A stretch of DNA of 64,000 nucleotides from Scyliorhinus canicula (Eukaryota): NCBI RefSeq assembly GCF_902713615.1, contig NC_052153.1, positions 192,309,394 through 192,373,393 on the forward strand, in the 5' to 3' direction. The notes beneath the pieces are model-generated. The model was not told the DNA's origin and did no database searches. It saw nothing but the letters and a program-made list of their open reading frames with translations. Position 1 is the first letter of the stretch; each line of letters starts with the position of its first letter. This document shows positions 1 through 12,600 of the stretch, piece after piece. A program made the position numbers and the translations under genes.

Positions 1-103
1 CAGGCCCAAAACTGCTCACAATCCTCCAAATGGGGTCTGACCAGAGCCTTTTACAGCCTCAGAAGTACATCCCTGGTCTTGTATTCTAGCCCTCTTGACA
101 TGA

Positions 104-700
104 ATTTGAATTTGTTTATTGTCACATGTACTGAGGTACAGTGAAAAGTATTTTTCTGCGAGCAGCTCAAACAGATCATTTAACAAAGAAAACAAAATAA
201 AAGTAAAAGAAAATACATAAAAGGGCAACACAAGGTCCACAATGTAAATACATAAACACCAGCATCGGATGAAACATACAGGGTGGAGTATTAATCAGGT
301 CAGTTCATAAGAGGGTCATTTAGGAGTCTGGTAACAGCGGGGAAGAAGCTGTTTTTGAGTCTGTTCGTGCGTGTTCTCAGACTTCTGTATCTCCTGCCCG
401 ATGGTAGAAGTTGGAAGTGTGAGTAAGCCGGGTGGGAGGGGGCTTTGATTATGCTGCCTGCTTTCCCCCGGCAGCGGGAGGTGTAGATGGAGTCAATGGA
501 TGGGAGGCAGGTTCGTGTGATGGGCTGGGCTGTGTTCACGACTCTCTGAAGGTGTCTTGGGCCGAGCAGTTGCTATACCAGGCTGTGATGCAGCCCGATA
601 GGATGCTTTCTATGGTGCATCTGTAAAAGACGGTAAGAGTCAGTGCGGACATGCCGAATTTCCTTAGTTTCCTGAGGAAATATAAGCGATGTTGTGCTTG
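104..700 (-). mobile_element. Rex1/Babar LINE 3' fragment
   Basis: [24 protein letters not shown] motif; tail GTGACAATAAA(CAAAT)n. Further pieces at 2560-2718 (+), 31541-31863, 35008-35055 and 38261-38634 (-). Confidence 0.85.
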
Positions 701-1985
701 AATGATAGCATTGCATTTGCCTTCCTAACTGCCAACTGAACCTGAACCTTAAGAGAATCATGAACAAGGACTCCCAAGTCCCTCTGTGCTTCTGATTTCC
801 TAAGCATTTCCCCATTTAGAAAATAGTCAATGCCTGTATTCCTCCTTCCAAAGTGCATAACCTCACACTTTTCCACATTGTATTCCATCTGCCATTTCAT
901 TGCCCACTCTCCTCGCCCGTCCAAGTCCTTCCTCAATACTACCTGTCCCTCTACAGATCTTTGTGTCATCTGCAAACTTAGCAACAGTCCTTCCTCAATA
1001 CTACCTGTCCCTCTACAGATCTTTGTGTCATCTGCAAACTTAGCAACAGTGCCTTCAGTTCCTTCTTCCAGATCATTAATGTATTTTGTGAAAAGTTGTG
1101 GTCCCAGCACCGACCCCGGAGGCACACCACTAGTCACCGGCTGCCATCCTGAAAAAGACCCCTTTATCCCCACTCTCTGCCTTCTGCCAGTCAGCCAATC
1201 CTCTATCAATGCCAGGATCTTACCCTTAACACCATGGGCTCTTAACTTATTTAACAGTCTCCTATGCGGCACCTTGTCAAAGGCCTTCTGGAAATCTAAA
1301 TAAATCACATCCACTGGTTCTCCTTTGTCTAACTTGCTTGTTACCTCCTCAAAGAACTCTAACAGATTTGTCAGACACGACCTCCCTTTGACAAAGCCGT
1401 GCTGGCTCAGTCCTATTTTACCATGCACTTCCAAGTACTCCGTGATCTCATCTTTAATAATGGACTCTAAAATCTTACCAATGACCAAAGTCAGGCTAAC
1501 CGGCCTATAATTTCCGTCTTCTGCCACCCTCCCTTCTTTTTTTCAAATAAATTTAGAGCACCCAATAATTGTTTTTCCAATTGAGGGGCAATTTAGCGTG
1601 GCCAATCTGCCTAAATTGCACATCTTTGGGTTGTGGGGGTGAAACCCACGCAGAAACAGGGAGAAGGAGGTGCGAACTCCATATGGACAGTGACCCAGAG
1701 CCGGGACCGAATCTGGGTCCACAGCGGAAGTGCTAACCATTGCGCTACTGTGCCACCCTACCCCCCTCCCTTCTTAAGCAGCGGTGTTACATTAGCCTCT
1801 TTGCAGTCCTCTGGGACCCTCCCTGCCTCCAGTGATTCCTGAACGATCACTACCAACGACTCCACAATCTCCTCAGCTATCTCCTCCAGATTCCTGGGGT
1901 GTAGTTCATCCGGTCCTGGTGTTTTATCCACCTTCATACCTTTCAGTTTCCCCTGAACCTTCTCCTTAGCGATGGCCACTATACT
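701..1985 (-). mobile_element. CR1 RT fragment with an inserted V-SINE (about 1540-1757)
   Basis: [21 protein letters not shown]; the SINE is flanked by a CCCTCCCTTCTT duplication. Confidence 0.9.
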
Positions 1986-2221
1986 TGTCAGCTGCGAACA
2001 GCGGAAGGGACACGCTGTTTGATAGAAGCCAGCGGTCTTTGGGCTGTGCAGCCTACAGACTGAGCATCACGCTGGCACTGAAATTCATACATCGCTCAGT
2101 TGTACGGTAAGCAGAACGTTTAACGGCTGCACCCTTCACGCCGAATACCACTCGTGTTGCTACTTCCCCACTCCAGCGTGACACCGCCAGCCGCGCCTCA
2201 CCTCACCTGCTGCTCAAACGT

Positions 2222-3000
2222 TTGAGATACTTTGCCCATCCAGGGTAATCTGGGCAAGACTGGGCACATTTTGGAGATGAACGTGACAGACTTGGGCCGG
2301 CCTTGAGTTTGCGTGATATACAGATCTTATCAGAGTAACCATTTTTAATAACCCGCCAGGGCCATACAGTCGAGGTGGGGGGTGATTGTTTTCTTGTGCT
2401 CCTTGAGGAGTACGGGCTCCCCAGCTAGGGGCGGGGTATCTTACTCTTACTTGTATAAAAGGCCACCCACTGTTGAGAGTGAGAGTATCTGGTGAGGTGT
2501 TACCAGTACTCATTGCAGTACCGGTATGTGCTTTGTTTGCTTCGTTTGGCCCCTTGTTCCGCACTGTAACCAATCACTGTTTGTCGATGGAGCATTTGTC
2601 AATGTTCCCTGTTGATTATTCTTCTGTCTACTATGTACGTATTGTGTATGTTCCCTCAGCCGCAGAAAGATACTTTTCACTGTACTTCGGTACATGTGAC
2701 AATAAATCAAATCAAATCATGTATATAATTGTAAAATAAATGTCATTTACTTTTGCTTACGTTGGACTCCACAAGCGTTATTAAACTGGAAACGAGAGTA
2801 AACCTGGAGTTGTTGACGGGCAAGCTCTGCAGTTTAGCCACCTCCCCACGTTGAATTATTTTCTTCTGGACATTGCTGTGAAGCTGGGGGAGTGACGATG
2901 CCTCTGTTTGGGTGCCTTTGATCCCGGTGTGGAAACCTGGAATCAGTACGCAGAGCGAATCCACTACTTCTTCACAGGCAATAATATCAGAGGAAACAAG
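2222..3000 (+). mobile_element. Truncated Gypsy/Mag-like element: LTR-like segment plus start of gag
   Basis: TATAAAA at about 2454 and AATAAA at about 2735; gag-like AFDPGVETWNQYAERIHYFF at 2908; interrupted by a Rex1 tail. Confidence 0.5.
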
Positions 3001-3222
3001 GGCTGGGATTCAAACTTGGTCCTCAGCGGCGTAGTCCCAGTGCTAACCACTGCGCCACGGGCCACCTTAGAGACCGAGCTTGACGGTTGGAAAGTTTGGG
3101 AATCATCCGGTCGGTGTGTTTCACTGACTGGGCGACGCCAGTGGTTCCAGTACTGAAGCCGGATCGGACAGTTCGCCTTTGTGGCGATTATAAGCTAACA
3201 GTGAACACGGCTTCTTTTTAAT

Positions 3223-3570
3223 GGGCAGCACGGTAGCATTGTGGATAGCAAAATCGCTTCACAGCTCCAGGGTCCCAGGTTTGATTCCCGGCTTGGGTCA
3301 CTGTCTGTGTAGAGTCTGCACATCCTCCCCGTGTGTGCGTGGGTTTCCTCCGGGTGCTCCGGTTTCCTCTCACAGTCCAAAGATGTGCAGGTTAGGTGGA
3401 TTGGCCATGATAAATTGCCCTTAGTGTCCAAAATTGCCCTTAGTGTTGGTTGGGGTTACTGGGTTATGGGGATAGGGTGGAGGTGTTAACCTTGGGTAGG
3501 GTGCTCTTTCCAAGAGCCGGGGCAGACTCGATGGGCTGAATGGCCTCCTTCTGCACTGTAAATTCTATGA
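3223..3570 (+). mobile_element. HE1/V-SINE with CR1-type tail (representative copy)
   Basis: tRNA-derived head with A/B boxes; V-domain GGGTTTCCTCCGGGTGCTCCGGTTTCCTC; tail GGGCCGAATGGCCTCCTTCTGCACTG. Others (approximate): 7345-7640-, 8000-8310-, 11790-12121-, 13712-14020+, 16005-16263-, 18510-18845+, 19585-19835-, 30235-30410+, 49005-49142-, plus their copy-B counterparts. Confidence 0.9.
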
Positions 3571-4019
3571 TTGTTAGACCATTACCCACTGCCCAGGATA
3601 GAGGATCCACATGCCACATTGGCTGGTGGATCGACCTTTACAAAACACAACATGAGTAACGCTTATTTTCAGCTAGGTTTGATAAGGACTCGGGGAAGTA
3701 TGTGACTATCAACACACACAAGGCTCTGTACGAATTGAAGGCATTTTAAATATACACATAATCATAAAAATACAGAAGCCAACCGTAGCAACAGGTAACA
3801 AAACGCGGCTTCTGTTTGGCGTGTCCCCGGCGTATGGTGTGTTTCAATATGTGCAAAAGCCAAAACCTCATGCAATCTAAATTGTTGTTTGCCCCTTATA
3901 TTGCCATTCTTGTCAAGTTCCCTGATGAGTTCAAGACAAAAGACTTCGACATGCCTCTTTTTACAGTGATTAAGATGCTGCAAAGTCATGGTGAAAGAGG
4001 AAGTAATTGACTCAGTGAG

Positions 4020-4740
4020 ACTGTTAAAGTGGAGGGATTAGAAAGGCTGGCCGTAATGTTGCGGGGAGGGGGGAGCTCCGCTAATCACGGTTCATATGTT
4101 TTGGTCCTGTCCAAAGCTGGAGGATTACTGGAAGGAGGTTTTTAGGGTAATTTCTAAAGTGGTGCATGTGAAACTGGACCCGGGCCCCCGGGAGGCCATA
4201 TTCGGGGTGTTGGACCAGCCGGTGTTGGAAACGGGTGCGGAGGCAGATGTTGTAGCCTTCGTCTCGTTGATCGCCCGAAGGCGGATCCTGATGAGAGTGG
4301 GGGGAGGCAGCCTCTCCACCCTGTGCCCTGGCGTGGCGGGGGGACCTGCTGGAATTCTTAACGCTTGAAGAGGTCAAATTTGAACTGAGGGGAAGCTCGG
4401 AGGGGTTCTACAATTCATGGGCGTCATTCATTAGGCACTTTCAAGAGCTGGATCACATCGAACATTGGTTGGGCCGGGTGGGTGGGAGGGTTGGGGGGAG
4501 GTGGGGGGCGTGCTGTAAGTGTTAATGGTGACTTTGGGTGATTCCTGATTCCTTTTTGTCTTTTGTTTGTGTGAACATGCGGGCTAATGTTTGGGGTTTG
4601 GTGGGAGGATGGGATCGTTGTTATTGATATGGGAATTGATATATTTGTTACTGATTATTGTTTATTGTTGGTGGGTGTAAATTTGGGAGAAAATGTGAAA
4701 AAGGAGGAGAATAAAAAATATTAAAAAAAAAAAAAGAAAG
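4020..4740 (+). mobile_element. L1 3' fragment with poly(A)
   Basis: HMFWSCPKLEDYW zinc-knuckle end; A-tract at about 4715-4740. Confidence 0.85.
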
Positions 4741-5593
4741 GCTGGCCATACTTAAGATCGATATGTCACTGGGACTGGATCAAATACATCCAAGGATACT
4801 GAGGTTTAATTTTCACAGGAGTCCCGAGAAGGCTTAAACAATCAGGTTTATTGTGTCAAAGGAAAACAAGGCCGCAACGCAGCGTGCAGTACACCAGACT
4901 CAGCTGGCATCATCCGGAGATGCTGCTTCCGATCCTGGCCAGCTTTTACCGCCCGTTCATCGATGCCCAGTTGTTAGGCCTCAGCCCCTCAGTGGGGGGC
5001 CTCCTATTCCATGCCTTCCCCGTGGGTCTTGTGAGGGTTATTACATGAGGAAAGTAAGGGTGGGGATGGCGGAGGAACTGGCCAACATTTTCCAATCCTC
5101 CATTGACACACGGGGTGGTGCCAAGTAGAGTTGCAAATGTTCAAAAAGGGATGTAACGATAAGCCCAACAATTTCGGGCCAGTCGATCCTGAGCTTCCAG
5201 GTCGAACAGAAGAACGCAGAGTTATTGCGATAAAAGAGAAAATGATGTTGACCGATTGGCAACTTGACTCTGATTGGCTGAGGCTTTGCCACGGAGAGAG
5301 CAATAGAGGCTCCTGAATCTCCAGGCAGTTTGTAGCCCCTCCACTCCCTCCGCTGCTGTGCACAACGCCAGCTGTACCATCCACAAGACGCACGGCAGCA
5401 ACCTGTCAACCTTCCTCTGACAGCACTTTCCAAACCATGGAACCATCGGAAGGTTACAGTGTGCAAGGAGGCCATTCGGCGCCATCTTGCCCATGCCAGC
5501 GCGAGGACACCGTGACCGTGGGCCTTCCAGAAGATCAAGGGCAGCGGACACATGGGAACACAGCCACTTCTCCGGTTTTCTCTGTTTTACTCC

Positions 5594-6187
5594 TATTATG
5601 GGCCAGGGTTTAGAGAATCCCAAAGTGTATCATGGAGTTCACCTGACCCACAACCTTTAATAGATTGTGGTATGGGACACACACGGCCCACTCTACAGGT
5701 GTGGTACAGCAGAAATGGAAAAGTATTTTTTAAAACAAAACAATGTTTATTTATGAACTCAAGTTAACCTTTTCAAAACATACAGTGAACATCTTAGCAA
5801 CCATTGATTCAAATACAACCCCCAAAGAATACAACACTAAGTAATCCTTAATAACTTCCCAAACAACATCCAGAAGACAGAAAAAACACCTTTTAACAGA
5901 AGCACATCACGTTTACATTCACCACTGAGAACATTTATAATTCTGAATTCACCAAATGGTCAAGAGATAGACTTTGCATGACAGAGAGAGCAACAGTACA
6001 CCTGCTCTGGCTGGCTTCAGCTCCAGCACTGAAAACGAAACTAAAACACACCCTGCAGCAAACAGCCTAAAACGAAAGTGAAAAGCTGGCAGACAGCCCA
6101 GCTCCACCCACACTCTGACATCACTGATAAACACCCATTTCTTAAAGGTACATTGCTTAAACACTCATTTCTTAAAGGTACATGACA
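5594..6187 (-). mobile_element. Solo LTR, 594 bp, 4-bp TSD CTCC
   Basis: Minus strand starts TGTCATG and ends CCCATAATA (CA end mutated); CTCC at 5590-5593 and 6188-6191. Confidence 0.8.
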
Positions 6188-6339
6188 CTCCACACACAAA
6201 AACTGACTGCCAGCCAATGGAGAAACAAAATGTATTAAGAACACGCTGGATTCTGACTCAAAATAAACCTTCTTGCAGTTGCTCTCATTTAGATTTTCTA
6301 CTTTGTTCACACTCTGACCTCTCTGTCCTTGATCACCAG

Positions 6340-6795
6340 CAGTTTTCTAAAGGCGCTCAATGCAAGCTGCAGGAACAGCCCCATATCTGTCGATGAGGCA
6401 CTTTGCAGCCTCCTGGACTCAACGTTGAGTTGAACTATTTCAGACCTTGAACTCTTGTCTTTTTTTTTAACACATATTTGGATTTTTCTCTGGACCACAA
6501 CTTTTTGTGATTCTGCCATTCACAGCCTCTCACACCTTCTGTTTCTTCATTACTCCCTTTTTTTCATCTCCTTTCTGGCCTTGCGCCATGAACCTTTTAC
6601 TTATTTAATTCCTCCGGGTTTCCACCCTATCACAGACCATCCCTTTTGTTGTTTCCTCTCCTCCATTCCATTTCCTATTTAATGTCTGTTTCACCTCTAA
6701 TTGTTTGTGACAAAGGATCATTCAAAAGTCTGTTTCTCCCCCTCAGCAGGGCTGTCTGACCTGCTGGGTATTCCCACTATTTGCTGTTTTTATTG
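6340..6795 (+). mobile_element. Penelope-like element 3' fragment
   Basis: KLQEQPHICR*GTLQPPGLNVELNYFR resembles the end of a PLE GIY-YIG domain; decayed tail. Similar tails at 7270-7700 and 48040-48150. Confidence 0.6.
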
Positions 6796-6879
6796 TATAT
6801 TTACGGCACCCATTATATCCTTGCTCTTGCAGAAATAGTGCCAGCTGTTGTGGAGCATTTTAAACAAACATTTACACAG

Positions 6880-7190
6880 CGGTCTGGATTCTCTGACCCC
6901 CCCCAACGGCGGAATCGCCTCCGGCGACGGGGCGGAGAATCCCCGACGGCTTCCTGACGGAGTGGGTCTCTCATGGTCTCACCCGTCGGGAACTCAACGT
7001 GGCGGCTGCTGACTTAGTCCAGCGCCGTCACAGTCAGGGGAGGGCCGATCCGCGGTCAGGCGCGGGGGAGGGGGGGGGGGGGGCTTTATTCGGGGCTGGT
7101 GGCACTGTGTGGTGGGGGTGGTCTAGGGCGCACAAGCCGAAGGGGGGGGGGGACTATTTTTGCAGTCCACATCCGCCATGAAGCACGGCG
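6880..7190. repeat. GC-rich non-coding interspersed repeat (MITE-like)
   Basis: GATTCTC..GAGAATC inverted motif, CpG-rich; no TSD established. Confidence 0.45.
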
Positions 7191-9259
7191 AGGGTCTTTC
7201 GTTCAAACATCAAACAGCCTTTATTCTCTGCGGTCCCGGCTTCCCTAATGATACAGTTTCAAAACAGCTTATATACTATTCTGATGAAGTCATCCAGACT
7301 CGAAACATCAGCTCTGTTCTCTTGCCACAGATGCGCCAGCCCATAGAACATACAGTGCAGAAGGAGGCCGTTCGGCCCATCGAGTCTGCCCCGACCCTCT
7401 TCAACCCTCACTTATACCCTATCCCTGTAACCCAATAACCCCTCCTGTCCTTTTTGGTCACTAAGGGCAATTTATCACGGCCAATCCACCTAACCTGCAC
7501 GTCTTTGGACTGTGGGAGGAAACCGGAGCACCCGGAGGAAACCCACGCAGACACGGGGAGAACATGCAGACTCCGCACAGACTGTGACCCAGCGGGGAAT
7601 CGAACCTGGGACCCTGGCGCTGTGAAGCCACTTGTGCTGCCGTGCTGCCCAGCTGAGATTGTCCAGCATTTTCTGTTTTTGAGTCAGATTCTAGCATCTG
7701 CAGTAATTTGCTTTTATATATTATTCTAGTTGTGTTGCAATCACAGTGCCTCCTGCAACATAGCTGACACCGTGACACCCCTTATTTAAATTCCACCAGC
7801 TGCCGTGGTGGGATTTGAACCGGTGTCCCCAGAGCGTTAGCTTGGGCCTAAAGGTTACTGGCCCAGTGACATTGCCACTACACCCTTGTCTCCTCCCAGA
7901 GACAGCACAGGGTCATTGTTTTCAGTTGTAGAAATAACATCAGCACTAATGTCTGTCCGGCACAGACACGCAGATTCAAAGTGGGTGCCAAGCACCAACA
8001 TTCAGAGAATTTGCAGTGTAGAAGGAGGCCATTCGGCCCATCGAGTCTGCACCTGCCCTTGGAAAGAGCACCCCACTTAAGGCCACATCTACACTTTAGC
8101 CCTGGAACCCCACCTAACCGTGACAATTTATCATGGCCAATCCACTTAACCTACACATCGTTGGACTGTGGGAGGAAACCGGAGCACCCGGAGGAAACCC
8201 ACGCAGACACGGGGAGGACGTACAGACTCCGCACAGACAGTCACCCGAGGCAGGGATTGAACCCGGGTCCCTGGCGCTGTGAGGCAGCAGTGCTAACCAC
8301 CGTGCCGCTCATTCCAGCAAGGTGTCCTCAGGAGAGGTGTTTGCCGAAACAAATTGTCTTGCTCACAGGTCTGCACTTTCTAAGCTTACGGCCTGAGAAT
8401 CATTTTAATTGCTGTCTGGCTCGGAAACCCCACTTCACCAAGCTCCATAGGAAATAGGAGCCTGGGTCGGCCATTTGGTCCTTCAAACCTGCTCCATCAT
8501 TCGACAAGGTGATGGCTGGTCTTCTACCATCACCCCACCTGCCCGTACCATCCCCATATCTTCGACAGCTCTCTGGGATAGAGAATTCCAAAGATCCAAC
8601 GAATGGCAGGAAATTTACAACAGAGAAGGAGGCCAATGGGCCCATTGAGTCTGTGGTGGTTGACCAAGAGCCCCCCAGTCTAAGCCCACCTTCTGCCCTT
8701 GCTCTGCGGCCCTGCATCGTGTATCTATGGGAACTTTAGAGAGGTCACTGAACCTGTGGATAAAGGGATAGAATTTCCATGAATTTCAGACGGCATTGGC
8801 CAAAGTTTCATGACTTGAGGCTTGCAAACCATTTCCAAGCCATGCCACGCGTGACAAATGAGGCGGTTGGCTGAAAGCCGGCTGCACAATACTGTGGAGT
8901 AAAGCGAAGGAAATAGGAAATATTCTGCAGTGAGGGTCCTGTGTTATGTTCTTCAGTTAACGCTGGGTCTTTCTGACACTTTGGAGAGTGTTCAAACAAC
9001 CCTCAAATGATCTAAAAACAAAACCCAAGCCACCCCAACCTAACCTGGGGAATATGTTTACAAATATGTTATACAGTACTCCAGCCTGTAACTCACTCCA
9101 TAATGGCCAATATCCAGGTCCAACCATCCCAATCTGATCGAATGATGTATCTATTTTCACTCTGTAACAGACTCAGTATATTGAGCCTCGCAGTTTGTTT
9201 TTGACCCACTGATGTCTGTCCCTGTGCTGTTTTAATATTCTCTCTCTCTCTCTGCACAG

Positions 9260-9655
9260 GGCTTTCACTGAATCGTTGGACAATGACCGTGGCGGATGGT
9301 GTGAGTGTGGGGGAGGGGGGAACGGCTGTCCTGCCGTGTGGTTTCACCCACCCCCCACCCCCTAATCAGAGCATCAATGGCTCCGTGATGTGGCTCACCT
9401 CTGTCTCAGGGAAAGATAACATGGTTTTCCGATGTACATATCCTGGTACAGACCCTTCACAGGATGGACCGTGTGAGAGTGGGAAGCAGCGGGATGCTGG
9501 GAGCCGATTCCGATTCGTGGGCAATCTCAGCAACAATGATGCCTCAATAATGATGGAGCGACTGAGCCGGGCGGACAGCAATGTTTATCACTGCCGTGTG
9601 GAGCTCAACATCGACAAATTTCAAGTACCGCAAGGAACCGATCTGACAGTGAATG
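9260..9655 (+). CDS. Exon: V-set Ig domain 1, Siglec-15-like
   Basis: (CT)n tract + cacAG acceptor; donor G|gtgag; 396 bp, phase 1-1. WTMTV..V....[11 protein letters not shown]...W...VFRC...C...RFRFVGN..NDASI..ERL.RAD..VYHCRVE...G..LTV follows the Siglec-15 V-set pattern as I recall it, including the extra VFRC..C cysteine pair and the F-strand Arg. Confidence 0.92.
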
Positions 9656-12600
9656 GTGAGTATCGATGTTCAGGGTGGTACCTGTCCCCTACCCTCCACA
9701 TCATGTTCAGGGTGGTAGCTGTCCCTCCACATCATGTTCAGGGCGGTAGCTGTCCCCTACCCTCCACATCATGTTCAGGGTGGTAGCTGTCCCTCCACAT
9801 CATGTTCAGGGCGGTAGCTGTCCCTCCACATCATGTTCAGGGTGGTAGCTGTCCCTCCACATCATGTTCAGGGCGGTAGCTGTCCCTCCACATCATGTTC
9901 AGGGTGGTAGCTGTCCCTCCACATCATGTTCAGGGTGGTAGCTGTCCCTCCACATCATGTTCAGGGTGGTAGCTGTCCCCTGCCCTCCACATCATGTTCA
10001 GGGTGGTAGCTGTCCCTCCACATCATGTTCAGGGTAGTAGCTGCCCCCCGTGAATTCAACGAGTACTCACCCCCTCCCTCGCCCCCAGCCTGGTGTTGGA
10101 GCTCTCCTGTTTGCCTCCTGCCCAGCCTCCAAAATCGGAAACAATGGGATCTCTCCTGTAAAGGCATTGGCTGGAACCTCTTAAGCTCTCATTGGGTGAG
10201 CACATAGCGGGATGAGGGGGGGGGGGGGGCACTTCTGGAGTAATGGGGCTGGGGGAGGTGGCGTAATCCCTGAACCAATTCAAAGAACAATTTGATTTTG
10301 CAATGGCAGTCATGATGTGGCGATGCCTGCGTTGGACTGGGGTGAGCACGGTAAGAAGTCTTACAACACCAGGTTAAAGTCCAACAGGTTTGTTTCAAAC
10401 ACTGGCTTTCGGAGCACTGCTCCACCTGATTCACCTGATGAAGGAGCAGCGCTCCGAAAGCTCGTGTTTGAAACAAACCTGTTGGACTTTAACGTGGTTT
10501 TGTAAGACTTCTTATTTTGCAATGGGGGTGGGGTTTTGGATGAATGAATTTGACTGGGTTGAATGGGCCCTTGTGATCTATCTGACACCAGGGAGTTCAG
10601 GGTGAAAGATGGGTGTGTTGGTGCAGTCTGTGAGAGAGACGAGTGGAGCCTTGGAGTATCCATTCTGTTGTGAAGTTGAAAGATACACAACAAATGGAAT
10701 CTAAACATTCTGCAGACTGAAGGATTCATTCTGTTGTTTTTCCTTTCCTCAGTTGCCGGTGGAAATGAGTCAGTGGTGAGTGGCACTGAGGGAGCTTCGG
10801 TTACATTGCCCTGTACGTTCATACCCAGGAACTCCCACACCCTGACCACTGTTAGCTGGATGAGGAAGGAGACCTATGAACGGGTGGTCACATTTACACC
10901 CCAGCCAAATGGATTGTGGACAACTGTAAACGGTGAAAATCGATACGAGCTCATCGGGAACCCAAAGGAGGGAAACGCCTCAATCAGGATAAAGCAGCTG
11001 AGCGTGAATGATAGTCACACTTACCTGTGTCTGGTAGAGTACAAGGAGGAACGGTACCATTATCAATACCTGATTCAGACTGAGACACAGCTGCAGGTCA
11101 AACATGGTAAGAAATCATTGCCGCATTCCCCAGTGAATAGAGAGTTTGTGAATGTTGATGCTTTTTGTATTGGATATAGTTTGCAGGTGCTGATCTTTTT
11201 AGGTGCATTTTGATATTTGTATTGAAAGACATCGATGCACCCGTACCATTCAGTACAATCTGCAACCCAAAGTCACTCTGACATTTAGCTGGAAGACACA
11301 ACAGTATAAATGTCTCTTTTGATTGAAATGGAACTATTTTAATCCTTCATCCAGAGTAATCCGTCCGTTACCCCCAAGTGTCCATTTGACTGGGGGAGGC
11401 ATCACAGCCATGCTGGACCTGATGTAGCCCGGCTTTCACACGTGGATTATCAACAGGGAGCGATAACATTGAGGACCTCATGTGGGTTAGCACAGGATCT
11501 GGGAACTGCTCTGATACCAATATTGGAACTGGGGCTGGTTTAGCACACTGGGCTAAATCACTGGCTTTTAAAGCAGACCAAGCAGGCCAGCAGCATGGTT
11601 CGATTCCCGTACCAGCCTCCCCGGACAGGCGCCGGAATGTGGCGACTAGGGGCTTTTCACAGTAACTTCATTGAAGCCTACTCGTGACAATAAGCGATTT
11701 TCATTTTCATTTTTCATTTCATTCTTTGGAATATTGGTCTAGATGTATAATCTTTGCCACACAGTTAACCAATTGCTTCCTTGTTATAGAACCATAGAAT
11801 TCCTACAGTGCAGAAGGAGGCCATTCGGCCCATCGAGTTTGCACCGGCTCTTGGAAAGAGCACCCTATCCAAGCCCTCACCTCCACCCAATCCCCATAAC
11901 CCAGTAACCCCATCCAACACTAAGGGTAATTTTGGACACTAAGGGCAATTTAGCATGGCCAATCCACCTAACCTGCACATCTTTGGACTGTGGGAGGAAA
12001 CCGGAGCGCCCGGAGGAAACCCACGCACACACGGGGAGAACGTGCAGACTCCACACAGACAGTGACCCAAGTCAGGAATCGAACCTGGGACCCTGGCGCT
12101 GTGAAGCAACAGTGCTAACCAGGTTCCGCAGGGACCAGTGCTAAGACCCCAGCTATTCACAATATATATTAATGAATTCGATGAGGGAACTAATTGCAAT
12201 ATTGCCAAATTTGCAGACGGTAAGTAGCTGGGTGGGAGGCCGAGCTGTGAGGAGCATGTTGAGATGCTTCTCTGTGACTTGGCCAAGTTGAGTGAGTGGG
12301 CAAATGTTTGGCAAATGCAGCTAATGTGGATAAATGTGAGCCTGGGTGCCCTCGTACACCAGTCGCTGAAGATAAGCATGAAGATGCAGCAGGCGGTAAA
12401 GAAGGCAAATGGTAAGTTGGCCTTCATTGCGAGAGGATTCGAGTTCAGGAGCAGGGATGTGTTGCTGCAATTATACAGGGCCTTGGTGAGGCCACACCTG
12501 GAGTATTGTGTGCAGCTTTGGTCTCTTTATCTGAGGAAGGATGTTCCTGCGCTAGAGAGAGTGCAGAGAAGGTTTACCAGACTGATTTCTGGGATGGTGG

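Noticed and set aside
3223-3300. tRNA-like sequences with A/B boxes
   Set aside because: SINE heads fused to V-domain and LINE tails, not tRNA genes.
3930-8375. Possible leader exons (MPLFTVIKMLQSHG at about 3950; QIVLLTG at about 8360)
   Set aside because: The first is not hydrophobic enough and the second has no ATG; neither is supportable.
9656-9786. ORF extension of V1 past TDLTVN
   Set aside because: Reads through a consensus donor into the minisatellite; intronic.
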